Positions 18,689-27,847 of a stretch of 59,476 nucleotides of DNA are shown here, piece by piece. How positions within the stretch are numbered: position 1 is the first letter of the stretch; each line of letters begins with the position of its first letter. The position numbers were made by a program, and so were the translations under genes. Under the pieces are notes generated by a model that saw only the letters and a program-made list of their open reading frames with translations, had not been told where the DNA came from and made no database searches. Origin of the DNA: a virus (Duplodnaviria; Heunggongvirae; Uroviricota; Caudoviricetes); IMG/VR virus record IMGVR_UViG_3300029544_000210, positions 84,406 through 143,881 of that record. The stretch is one strand, 5' to 3'.

Positions 18689-19585
18689 ATGCCTAAAAAG
18701 AAAACACATGAAGAATTTATTGAAGAATATTCAAAATTAAATATGCCAGTGGAAATATTAGGGTCTTATACTGGTTCAAAAAATAAAATACTATGTATGT
18801 GTAAAATATGTGGACAAACTTTTGAAACCACTCCATCATATTTACTAATGGGACGCATTCATAAACCTTGTGCAATAAGACAAGCAAGAGGAAAAACTGA
18901 TGCTCAATTTAAAAGAGAATTTGATAACGAAGATATAATAGTAGATGGCACATATACAGGTGCGTTAAATCCAATAGATGTTCATTGTAGAATATGTGGA
19001 TATAAATGGAGTCCAATCGCTTCAAGTATATTACATGGGCATGGTTGTCCTGTATGTAAAAAAACATATCATTATACAACTGAAGAATTTATTGAAAAAG
19101 TAAATACTTGTCCGTATGGAGAAGATTACAAAGTTTTGTCGGAATATACAAAATCTTCTAATAAAATTCTATTTCTACATAAAAAATGTAATAATTCTTT
19201 TAAAATGATTGCAAATAATTTTTTGCGTGGTCAAAGATGCCCATTTTGTAATGAATCAAAAGGCGAACAAAAAATTAGACAATTGCTTTATAATAACAAT
19301 ATAGATTATATACCACAACAGAATTATGACAATTTGTTAGGTGTTAATAACGGCTTATTATCATATGATTTTTATTTGCCTCAATACAATCTTTTAATTG
19401 AATATCAAGGTGAATTCCATGACGGCAAAGCAAGAATACAAAGTAAAAAGAAATATCAAATCCAACAAGAACATGATATGCGAAAACGTAAGTATGCCAA
19501 AAAACATAATATTCAATTGTTGGAAATTTGGTATTGGGATTATGAAAATATAGAAGAAATATTAAAAAAGGAGCTAAATTTATGA
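18689..19585 (+). CDS. free-standing zinc-ribbon repeat / Vsr-like (DUF559-type) homing endonuclease
   Basis: Repeated CxxCG..W/F...GCPxC modules, then ESKGE...YDFYLP...LIEYQGEFH...HD..K..YA...LLEIWYWD. Confidence 0.75.
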   Translation: MPKKKTHEEFIEEYSKLNMPVEILGSYTGSKNKILCMCKICGQTFETTPSYLLMGRIHKPCAIRQARGKTDAQFKREFDNEDIIVDGTYTGALNPIDVHCRICGYKWSPIASSILHGHGCPVCKKTYHYTTEEFIEKVNTCPYGEDYKVLSEYTKSSNKILFLHKKCNNSFKMIANNFLRGQRCPFCNESKGEQKIRQLLYNNNIDYIPQQNYDNLLGVNNGLLSYDFYLPQYNLLIEYQGEFHDGKARIQSKKKYQIQQEHDMRKRKYAKKHNIQLLEIWYWDYENIEEILKKELNL

Positions 19586-19788
19586 ATTTTGTTTATAAAC
19601 GTACCGAGACAACCGCAATGAAGATTGCAGGTATCATTGACACAGATAATATGACTGTTGAAGTAGATGGTGGAGAAAAGAAACTTGCTACTCTTCTATC
19701 AGTATTTAATGGTGGTAGTGTTGAAATAAATGTGAAGGTAAAAGAGGAAAGTGAACTCGATGAACCTGTTGAATCTAATGAAGAATAG
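19582..19788 (+). CDS. YonK-like small protein
   Basis: GIIDTDNMTVEV...LATLLSVFNGGSVEINVKVKEE; precedes the phosphoesterase as in SPbeta. Confidence 0.55.
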   Translation: MNFVYKRTETTAMKIAGIIDTDNMTVEVDGGEKKLATLLSVFNGGSVEINVKVKEESELDEPVESNEE

Positions 19789-19795
19789 AGAGTAG

Positions 19796-21031
19796 GTGAA
19801 CTATATTTATAATTTCGAAGAAGAATTAAAAAAATATGGGCTAACCCCATCAACTTATGAACAGGTTTTACAAGAAATTTCGAATAAAATGTCTGGTATT
19901 TCAGATATAGATTGGAAAGAAATTGTAGATAAATATGATATAAAATGTCATTATGATAGCGTTAGAAAGGCTAGTCAGACCATATTTGGCAATTATTTTG
20001 TTAGAGAATATTTAAAAGCTAAAAACATAACAGAAAAAAGTAGTACTCTTGATGATGCTAAAGAAGTACTAGGTGAACAATATATTGTTAAACAGCAAAT
20101 ACATAATGATAGATTGAAACTTAATAAACTTAAACGAGATTTAGTTCCTTGCATTACTGTTGCTGATGAATTAAAACAATATATGAAAGATAATAATTTC
20201 TCAATGGAAATTCCTACATATATGTACTCTTCTGTTGAAGAAGAATCTGATTACACTATGATATGTCATATTACTGATTGGCATATTGGCTATATAATTA
20301 ACAATTGTAATGGTAATAATTTTAATTGGGAAATTGCTAATGAAAGAATAGATAAATATATTTCTGAATGTAAGAAGTATATTGAATTATATAATATCCG
20401 TCAGGTTCTGGTTATATCAACAGGTGATATGATCGAGAATTCATATATGAGAGAAACACAAGCACATAATTGTGAATTTTTACAATCTATGCAGATACAT
20501 AAGGCTACTAAACTAATATATAGATTATTAGTCGCTTTAGCTGAAGATTGCAATGTTGTATTTGGTGGTATTGCTGGAAATCATGATCGTATGTCAGGTG
20601 ACAAGAAAAAGAATTATGAGGGCGACAACGCAAATGTGCTTATTACTGAACATATTAAAGATTTGGTTGATGTAAGTGGCTGTGAACGCATTTCTATATT
20701 AGATACAAATTATAATGATTCTGAGATAAATATTACTGTTTGTGGTTTATCTTGTAAATTTATTCATGGTGATAAATATAAAAATGATAGATATAATCTT
20801 GCAAAAATTATTTCTAGTGATAATCAGTTCTATGATTTAATCTTTAGTGGACATCTCCACAATTTTTCCATTCAGTCAGAAAATCATGGTAGATATGCTA
20901 TATCTACAGGCTGCTTAAGCGGATTCAATGATTTTTCCAAAAATTTTTATTGCAGTAGTGTAGCATCTCAAACAATAGCAATTTTAAAAGATAACGAAGT
21001 TGAAATGATAAAAGATATTCAGCTTAGTTAA
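19796..21031 (+). CDS. calcineurin-like metallophosphoesterase (YonJ-like)
   Basis: DWH, GD, GNHDR, HGD, GHLH motifs. Confidence 0.85.
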   Translation: MNYIYNFEEELKKYGLTPSTYEQVLQEISNKMSGISDIDWKEIVDKYDIKCHYDSVRKASQTIFGNYFVREYLKAKNITEKSSTLDDAKEVLGEQYIVKQQIHNDRLKLNKLKRDLVPCITVADELKQYMKDNNFSMEIPTYMYSSVEEESDYTMICHITDWHIGYIINNCNGNNFNWEIANERIDKYISECKKYIELYNIRQVLVISTGDMIENSYMRETQAHNCEFLQSMQIHKATKLIYRLLVALAEDCNVVFGGIAGNHDRMSGDKKKNYEGDNANVLITEHIKDLVDVSGCERISILDTNYNDSEINITVCGLSCKFIHGDKYKNDRYNLAKIISSDNQFYDLIFSGHLHNFSIQSENHGRYAISTGCLSGFNDFSKNFYCSSVASQTIAILKDNEVEMIKDIQLS

Positions 21032-21108
21032 TTATATTTTGTTCTTATGAGGATAGTTTTATACTACCCTCTTTTATTTTTATTTATTTTGTATAGGAGG
21101 AATATAAA

Positions 21109-22164
21109 ATGGCTACATATAATGTACATGCAGGTCACTGTCCACAGGATCAGGGTGCTTATGGTGCAGTTGGTATTTTACAGGAGTCTGTTGAAGACAG
21201 AATCGTCAAGAATGCTGTAATTGCAAAGTTAGAAGCACTTGGACATACAGTTTATGATTGTACGTGTGATGAAAACACGTCACAGAATGGTTGTTTAGCA
21301 GCGATTGTTGCTAAATGTAATTCACATAATGTTGATTTAGATATATCTATACATCTTAACTCTGGTAGAGATGATTACGAAGGCGATGATTCTACTGGTG
21401 GTACAGAAGTTTACGGATATGACACTGGAACAGAAGAAATTGGTTCGAAGATTTGTGAGGCAATTTCAGAAAAACTTAATATTAGGAACAGAGGATTTAA
21501 AACCAATTCAGGACTTTATGTTCTTAGAAACACAAAAGCCCCTGCTATCTTAATTGAATGTTGCTTCGTGGATGATAGAGACGATGCTAACAGATGGGAT
21601 GCTGAAGCCTGTGCGAATGCTATAGTCGAAGCCTTAACAGGCGAAGTAGTATCAGAAGATTCAAGTGAAGATTGTTCTGACAATGATAGTTCGGATAATA
21701 ATGAAACTACAGGTGGTAGAACTAATGATTTAGGTCATGTTGATGTTTATTATAGGGCTAAGTCAAATAATCGTTGGTGGGATGAAGTTCATGATAGAGA
21801 TGATTGGGCTGGTGCTAGTGATGATCAGGCAATTACAGGTATTGCCATTGGTGTTAGTGAAGGTTATGTAAGATATCAGGTTCACTTACTTAACGGCGAT
21901 TGGCTTCCAGAAGTTGATGGCTATGACATTAATGATGACGAAAATGGTTACGCAGGTAACGGTAGAACACCTATTGACGCATTAAAAGCAGTATTCTATA
22001 CACCTGATGGTTATGAATACAAGTGTCTATATATACAGGTATCGCCACAGGGTATGGACGAATATTACCCTGTTCAGATAGATGATCAAACTGTAAATGG
22101 ACAGGACGGATATGCTGGTTGTTTTGGTAGATATATTGATAAGGTTCAGCTTTGGGTTGAATAA
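21109..22164 (+). CDS. N-acetylmuramoyl-L-alanine amidase (Amidase_3) with C-terminal cell-wall-binding repeats
   Basis: HAGH...E...SIHLN...GTEV...LYVLRNTKAPAILIECCFVD; C-terminal YQVH...WLP...YAG..ID repeats. Confidence 0.9.
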   Translation: MATYNVHAGHCPQDQGAYGAVGILQESVEDRIVKNAVIAKLEALGHTVYDCTCDENTSQNGCLAAIVAKCNSHNVDLDISIHLNSGRDDYEGDDSTGGTEVYGYDTGTEEIGSKICEAISEKLNIRNRGFKTNSGLYVLRNTKAPAILIECCFVDDRDDANRWDAEACANAIVEALTGEVVSEDSSEDCSDNDSSDNNETTGGRTNDLGHVDVYYRAKSNNRWWDEVHDRDDWAGASDDQAITGIAIGVSEGYVRYQVHLLNGDWLPEVDGYDINDDENGYAGNGRTPIDALKAVFYTPDGYEYKCLYIQVSPQGMDEYYPVQIDDQTVNGQDGYAGCFGRYIDKVQLWVE

Positions 22165-22272
22165 GATTTTTTTGAGGGAGTAGATCGTATTGACTACTAC
22201 CCTCTTTTATTAAATCAGCATTTATTATATTAAAAGTGCAAAAACATTATAGATTAAAAGGAGATTTTTTTT

Positions 22273-22557
22273 ATGAATAAGACAGAATTAGTTGCAAAGA
22301 CACAGGAAAATATTGATATAAATGTATCAAAGAAGGATTTAACTACTATTGTTGATGGTGTAATAAAATCAATAACTGATGAACTTATAGCAGGTGGCAA
22401 GGTTCAGTTAGTTGGTTTTGGTACATTTGAAGTAGTTGAAAGAGCTGCTAGAGAAGGTAGAAACCCACTTACAGGTGAGTCACTTCACATAGAAGCTTCA
22501 AAAGCACCTAAGTTTAAAGCAGGTAAGGCACTTAAAGATGCCGTAAAGAACGCTTAA
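22273..22557 (+). CDS. hup: HU DNA-binding protein
   Basis: MNKTELV...VQLVGFGTFEVVERAAREGRNPLTGE...PKFKAGKALKDAV. Confidence 0.95.
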   Translation: MNKTELVAKTQENIDINVSKKDLTTIVDGVIKSITDELIAGGKVQLVGFGTFEVVERAAREGRNPLTGESLHIEASKAPKFKAGKALKDAVKNA

Positions 22558-22568
22558 TTTGAAAGGTT

Positions 22569-23165
22569 GTGATTATTATAAAAACATTACATTTTGAAGA
22601 CTATGAAGATTTTGCTTGTGTTGTTTCAAATACATACGACAGAATAAAATCTGATGACAAATACAACTCAATAGACGTTGTTGCTAAATATGAAGATGCA
22701 AAAGAGATTATTCGTGAACTTATTGGAATTGGATACGGTATTGCATTTATTGATAAGTTTGGTAATCCAGAATGGGATGGGTATGACGATGCTTTCGTTA
22801 TTAGCTTATTAGATGATGAAATCTGGTGCGAACCAGTTAAGAGAGATAATGGATACATCTTTATTGAAGCCGATGTTGTATACATCTTTGATGATTGTAA
22901 TTCCAAGATTATTCCAAAGATTGAAGCTGATGAGGTATATGAAGTAGGAATTGGCAATGAATATGATGATTGCGATGGTGATTGTGAAAACTGTCCTGCG
23001 CATGATGAAACTTATTTACATACTTCTGAAGACGAAGATGGAAATACTCACGGATTTACTGCTAGTAGATCAGATGGCGACTCTTATATGAGTTATTCTT
23101 ACTACTCTAGCAATGAGTTAAGTCATGAAGATATTCAGAAGATGTTAAAGGCTTTTGGATTTTAG
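22569..23165 (+). CDS. acidic hypothetical protein with CDGDCENC motif
   Basis: ORF track; start uncertain. Confidence 0.7.
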   Translation: MIIIKTLHFEDYEDFACVVSNTYDRIKSDDKYNSIDVVAKYEDAKEIIRELIGIGYGIAFIDKFGNPEWDGYDDAFVISLLDDEIWCEPVKRDNGYIFIEADVVYIFDDCNSKIIPKIEADEVYEVGIGNEYDDCDGDCENCPAHDETYLHTSEDEDGNTHGFTASRSDGDSYMSYSYYSSNELSHEDIQKMLKAFGF

Positions 23166-23208
23166 ATTATTTGGAGTGTGTGGCGTATGTTGCACGCTCT
23201 TTTTGTAT

Positions 23209-23288
23209 GGGTAGGTCGTATAGCGGCAATTACACCTGACTGTAAATCAGGCGCTTCGGCTTCGTTGGTTCGAGTCCAACCCTACCCA
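23209..23288 (+). tRNA. tRNA-Tyr(GTA)
   Basis: GGGTAGG/CCTACCC acceptor, CT-GTA-AA, variable arm. Confidence 0.9.
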
Positions 23289-23452
23289 CTAATTTAATGT
23301 TTTCTGTGAATGGAAACAGAGAATAAATATATGTTCTCATGATTAGTGGCATAGCTGATTATGGGATTTATGATGAATATATAAAAATGCGACAAGAAGC
23401 GGTTAGTTAATGATACTACTGCTTCTTTTTGTTTGAAAGGAAGTGAGATTTT

Positions 23453-24487
23453 ATGGGTAGAAAAATACAACACAATAATATTGTTACCGATGAGTTATTG
23501 ACTCAGTGTAATAAAGAAAATATAGAATTAGGAAATGACTTTTTGGATTATCTTCGTTCAGTGGATAGATCTCCGAATACAATTAATGCGTATAGGCGTG
23601 ACCTTTTTATTTTTTGGGTTTATCTACTTAAGCATTGTGACAACAAATTCTTTATTGATTTATCTAAGAGGGATATTGCTCGTTATCAGAGTTTTTGCCT
23701 TACTGAATATAAATGGTCGCCAGCTAGAATGCGTAGAGTAAAATCTACTCTCTCATCGCTTTCAAATTATGTAGAAGCTATATTGGATGATGAGTATGAA
23801 AATTTTAAACCAATTATACGCAAAATTGAAAATCCTGCAAATGAGAAAGTATTTACTAAAACTGTATTATCTGATGAGCAAGTACAGGGAATGCTTGATT
23901 ATTGGGTTGAAAAAGGCAAGTATGACAAGGCTTGTATTTTAGCATTAGCTGCATTTAGCGGTAGACGTAAGAGTGAATTACCACGATTCAAAGTGTCTTA
24001 TTTTGATGACGAAAATATTATATATGGTTCTTTATATAAGACACCTGAAAAAATCCAAACAAAAGGAAGAGGATCTCGTGGAAAAATGTTAGTGGTGTAT
24101 ACACTTGCAAAACCGTTTAAGCCATATTTTGATTTGTGGATGAATTATAGAAAAGAACACGGAATTGAATCAGAATGGTTATTTCCAAAGAAAGTAAATG
24201 GAGAATATATAGATGAACCTATGGATTCAAGCACTCTTGACAGTTGGGCTGATACATTCACCAAACATTTAGGAGAAGACTTTTATTTCCACAGTCTTCG
24301 TCACTTCTTTACAACTTCTTGTTCTCGAAGTGGTCTTCCTGATGATGTAATTCAAATGCTAGTAGGTTGGAGTTCCCTTGATATGGTTTCAGTGTACAAG
24401 GACATTGATGCAGATGAGCAATTCGCAAAATATTTTGCAGATGGAGAAATTAAACAAGTAGAACAAAAATCACTCTCTGATTTGTAG
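23453..24487 (+). CDS. tyrosine recombinase (YomM-like)
   Basis: SAM-like N-domain; GRRKSE, TKG, HSLRH, GW, Y catalytic residues. Confidence 0.9.
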   Translation: MGRKIQHNNIVTDELLTQCNKENIELGNDFLDYLRSVDRSPNTINAYRRDLFIFWVYLLKHCDNKFFIDLSKRDIARYQSFCLTEYKWSPARMRRVKSTLSSLSNYVEAILDDEYENFKPIIRKIENPANEKVFTKTVLSDEQVQGMLDYWVEKGKYDKACILALAAFSGRRKSELPRFKVSYFDDENIIYGSLYKTPEKIQTKGRGSRGKMLVVYTLAKPFKPYFDLWMNYRKEHGIESEWLFPKKVNGEYIDEPMDSSTLDSWADTFTKHLGEDFYFHSLRHFFTTSCSRSGLPDDVIQMLVGWSSLDMVSVYKDIDADEQFAKYFADGEIKQVEQKSLSDL

Positions 24488-24587
24488 ACAATCCCGATGA
24501 AGCTTTCATCTAACCCTTGACAAATTCAAAAATATGCATTCTTAAAACAAAAGAATAAATAAATACAACAACTTATCTATAGGTAGA

Positions 24588-24960
24588 AAATGGTTCTCTA
24601 CACACTCTTCGGAGTATCTGAGATGATGGATACACCGCCCATCATAGATAAGTTAAATAAGCTGCTCACATCCAAAAGAAGTGAGGGCGGTCTATCAATC
24701 CGTTGATAGATTTTTACAAGTGAGCTGTCACTGACCGATATGTGACATAAATATAAAGGTCGGTTTGCGAAATTATTGACCTTTGGAATGGTCTAAAACT
24801 TCCCACTGCTACTGCTTATTGGCGGTGTTATGGAGAGGTCTTGCCTTAGTAGACGATTAACATATTTTGGCATTTACTATTCATATAGCATTGTAAGTCC
24901 TAAAACGGTCAATATCAACCATAGAAGTGATCGTGCTTCTCTGCGTTAATGAGAACCATT
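24588..24960 (+). ncRNA. putative ~370-nt structured RNA of unknown class
   Basis: Closing helix AATGGTTCTC/GAGAACCATT, at least 6 internal helices and a possible H-type pseudoknot. Confidence 0.5.
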
Positions 24961-25322
24961 AAATTCAAGTTTGTACTACAGTGTCTTTCGAGCTTGTGGT
25001 CTAAATATTAAAAACCAATGTCTATTAGGCTTTTATATGAAATGAAATTATCGCTAGTTTCTTTTCTGAATTTTTGAGATAGACAATAGCGAATGACTAC
25101 TGGGCGGTCTGACATCTGGAAAGACAGATAAATATGGAGTGTCACTATATAAGTGCAATATATTTTGGGTGACACAGGTAGTAATCTCCTTCTCGTGCGT
25201 TAGTTAGCGAGTAAATCTGATTAAAGTGATTTTGAAAAGCATGGATACCTAGTGTGTCTAATTTATAAACTGGATGTGTACAGTCCAATATCAGCTAGTT
25301 AGTGCTTTATGCTGATTATCAT

Positions 25323-25396
25323 AGCGGAATGACGAGCAATGGAAGCTCACTTGGCTCATAACCAAGAGTATGCAGGTTCGAGTCCTGCTTCCGCAA
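25323..25396 (+). tRNA. tRNA-Met(CAT), initiator-like
   Basis: CT-CAT-AA; 1:72 A-A mismatch; GGTTCGAGTCC. Confidence 0.85.
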
Positions 25397-25444
25397 TTCA
25401 ATGATTAAAAGGAAAACGAAAAATAAAAGAAAGGAGTATGTATT

Positions 25445-25741
25445 ATGGCAAGTAGATTGATTATTGAGCAAGAGCCATTAAAAGTTGGACAGGTTCGTAA
25501 AGTTACATCCAACAATGGTGAAAAAATAGATTCTATTACTTTACTCTTGAACAATAACGTGGAAATTTTGTTCGTGCCACGGAATGACGGAACATTAGAT
25601 TTTTCAGTAAGTGATCCACAGTTTGATACGTCAAATTTAGATTGCTCTATTGATAAAGAAGTATTGCGTGATTTATTTATGGCTATTAGAGACGGATATA
25701 AACAAGTAATTGCAAACGAAAGCGAGGGTACAAATTCATGA
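25445..25741 (+). CDS. hypothetical protein
   Basis: ORF track, AAGGAG RBS. Confidence 0.7.
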   Translation: MASRLIIEQEPLKVGQVRKVTSNNGEKIDSITLLLNNNVEILFVPRNDGTLDFSVSDPQFDTSNLDCSIDKEVLRDLFMAIRDGYKQVIANESEGTNS

Positions 25742-26214
25742 AATTAAATATTAGTAAAACTATTGATGAAAACGTTATTAGTGTAGATATTTCTGTCGCA
25801 GAATTAGGTACATCAGATACCGATGCTGCTACTGAAAAAGATATGTTGCATAATTTTGTTAGAACAATCGAATATTCTAAGATATCCTTTAAATCTAATA
25901 TGAAAGCTGATTCTAATGGAGATCCAGTTACAACTGATAGTGAAGTTGATGATTCAACTATTATTTCTGTTGAGTTAAAAGATATTATTAACCAGTCATT
26001 TGTTGTAGATGAAAATCTTCATATTACATTCTCTGTAGATGTTACAAAGATTCCAGAATCAGAAGTTAAAGCGCCTTTTGATAGTGTCGAAAAGATTGGT
26101 AAGGCAAAGGTTGAACTTTTCGCTACTAAGATTCAGGAAGAAATTGGTAAAAAACTTGCTGAGATTCGTGCTTTAAATACTAAGTTTGAAGGTGAAACAG
26201 AAGTTATTCTGTAA
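25738..26214 (+). CDS. hypothetical protein
   Basis: ORF track, ATGA overlap. Confidence 0.7.
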   Translation: MKLNISKTIDENVISVDISVAELGTSDTDAATEKDMLHNFVRTIEYSKISFKSNMKADSNGDPVTTDSEVDDSTIISVELKDIINQSFVVDENLHITFSVDVTKIPESEVKAPFDSVEKIGKAKVELFATKIQEEIGKKLAEIRALNTKFEGETEVIL

Positions 26215-26245
26215 AAATAATGGGTGGTACTCTTCCACCCTACAA

Positions 26246-26318
26246 GGTCTGTTCGTCTAGCGGTCTAGGACATCGCCCTTTCACGGCGGCAACAGGAGTC
26301 CGAATCTCCTACAGATCA
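26246..26318 (+). tRNA. tRNA-Glu(TTC)
   Basis: GGTCTGT/ACAGATC acceptor, CT-TTC-AC; T-loop TCCGAAT variant. Confidence 0.85.
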
Positions 26319-26407
26319 TTAAATAGCTGATACTTAAATGGACATCGAGGCTATACATTTTTTGTATAGTAACAGAGAGTCGCTTCATGAGGTGACTCTT
26401 TTATTAT

Positions 26408-26495
26408 GTAGTATTGGCAGAGTTGGTATTACACCTGATTGCTAATCAGAGGTCATCGTTTATTCGGTGCATAGGTTCAAGTCCTATATACTACG
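26408..26495 (+). tRNA. tRNA-Ser(GCT)
   Basis: GTAGTAT/ATACTAC acceptor, TT-GCT-AA, long variable arm. Confidence 0.8.
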
Positions 26496-26500
26496 CTCAT

Positions 26501-26584
26501 GCCGTGTGTCCGATTGGTCGAGGGTGCTGTCTTGAAAACAGTCTGGATGTAAAAGTCTTTGGGGTTCGAATCCCTAACACGGCG
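26501..26584 (+). tRNA. tRNA-Ser(TGA)
   Basis: GCCGTGT/ACACGGC acceptor, CT-TGA-AA, variable arm, GGTTCGAATCC. Confidence 0.8.
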
Positions 26585-26587
26585 TAT

Positions 26588-26655
26588 GCACCTATCTTTT
26601 GGCAAGAATGAAGTCTCCAAAACTTCTAACCTGTGTTCGATGCGCAGTGGGTGTG
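26588..26655 (+). tRNA. tRNA-Trp(CCA), shortened D-arm
   Basis: GCACCTA/TGGGTGT acceptor, GAAGT-CT-CCA-AA-ACTTC, TTCGATG T-loop. Confidence 0.65.
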
Positions 26656-26767
26656 CTAAGTGAAGTGAATTGCACTTTCATAGTGTTTTATAAGTTGAAT
26701 TTTTATGAGAAGTGGTATTGCTACTGCTTCTCTTTTTTATTGGAATAAAAAGAAAGAAGGTGAAACA

Positions 26768-27844
26768 ATGGCTAATTTAAGACAAGCCAAAACTGATGAT
26801 GAGGTCAAAAAGTTAACAGTAAATAATGTAAAAGGTGCGTATCATGATTTAGCCATTGACTACAACCATTTACTAGATTTGGATTATATCTATTGTCCTC
26901 ATTGTGGAAAATGGAAATCAACTAAAGGTAATGGAAACTTTTATAAATCTAACAAAAGTAAAAGCGGATTTGAGCATTTTGCATGTAAGGCTTGTATTTT
27001 AGATTTGTGTACTGACGTAGATCCTAAAACTGGCATTAGAACAGACAATAGAGAAAAAACAATTAACACTTTTAGACAGCTTGATTGGAAATTTAGCGAA
27101 AGTGATTATAACGCACAGTTACAAGCTATTAATGAAGGTGTTGGTGAAAAAGTTCGTGGAACGGCTGTTCAAAATCTTATTGTAATGGTAGCTTCTCTTC
27201 CACAGTACAATAACACTTCTTATAAAGATTCTGAATTTTCTATTGATGATATAGATAATAATCCAGAAACAAATACGAAAATTGTTCAAAAAACTCTCAA
27301 GTCTGCTAAGAAACGTTTTGGAAATAACTATAATAATGAAGAACTTATGTATCTTGAGACGGAATACCAAGACTGGACGACACGTTATCCTTGTGAAAAT
27401 AAATCTCAGGAACTTTTATTTAAACGAGTATGTTGTAAAGAACTTGAAATAGATAATGCTCAGAAAAATGGCAAGGATACAAAAGATTTAGATGCTACTT
27501 TACAGAATCTGCTAGGAAGTTTAAATATCAAACCTAATCAGAAAACTGCATCTGAATTAACTGATAATCTTACATTTGGGCAGCTTATTGATAAATGGGA
27601 ACAAGAAAAACCAATTCCAGAACCAGAAGGTGAATTTAAAGATCCTGATAAAATTGGACTCTTAATTGATGTATTCTTTAAGGGGCATCTCTCTAAAATG
27701 ATGGGATTGAAAAATGCATTTTCTTCTACTTATGAGAAGTTCATTTCTAAATATACTGTCAAAAAGCCTGAGTATGATGAAGATACTGATTCAGAAGCAT
27801 TATTTGATAAAATCTTTGGTCAGAAAGCTGAAGAGGAGGTATAA
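26768..27844 (+). CDS. zinc-finger protein upstream of TerL, probable terminase small subunit
   Basis: CPHCG...NFYKS...CKAC; position immediately before TerL as in SPbeta-like phages. Confidence 0.6.
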   Translation: MANLRQAKTDDEVKKLTVNNVKGAYHDLAIDYNHLLDLDYIYCPHCGKWKSTKGNGNFYKSNKSKSGFEHFACKACILDLCTDVDPKTGIRTDNREKTINTFRQLDWKFSESDYNAQLQAINEGVGEKVRGTAVQNLIVMVASLPQYNNTSYKDSEFSIDDIDNNPETNTKIVQKTLKSAKKRFGNNYNNEELMYLETEYQDWTTRYPCENKSQELLFKRVCCKELEIDNAQKNGKDTKDLDATLQNLLGSLNIKPNQKTASELTDNLTFGQLIDKWEQEKPIPEPEGEFKDPDKIGLLIDVFFKGHLSKMMGLKNAFSSTYEKFISKYTVKKPEYDEDTDSEALFDKIFGQKAEEEV

Positions 27845-27847
27845 TTT

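Noticed and set aside
24588..24960. tmRNA or RNase P identity
   Set aside because: Size fits, but no GGGG...TTCGA...CCA ends and no GAGGAAAGTCC-type signature
25165..25235. HDV-like/theta ribozyme near tRNA
   Set aside because: TTCTCGT resembles L3 but P1/P3 pairings could not be built, and it is not at a tRNA 3' end
26501..26584. Suppressor tRNA or stop-codon reassignment
   Set aside because: Anticodon TGA reads UCA (Ser); long genes are intact in code 11 and all three stops are used
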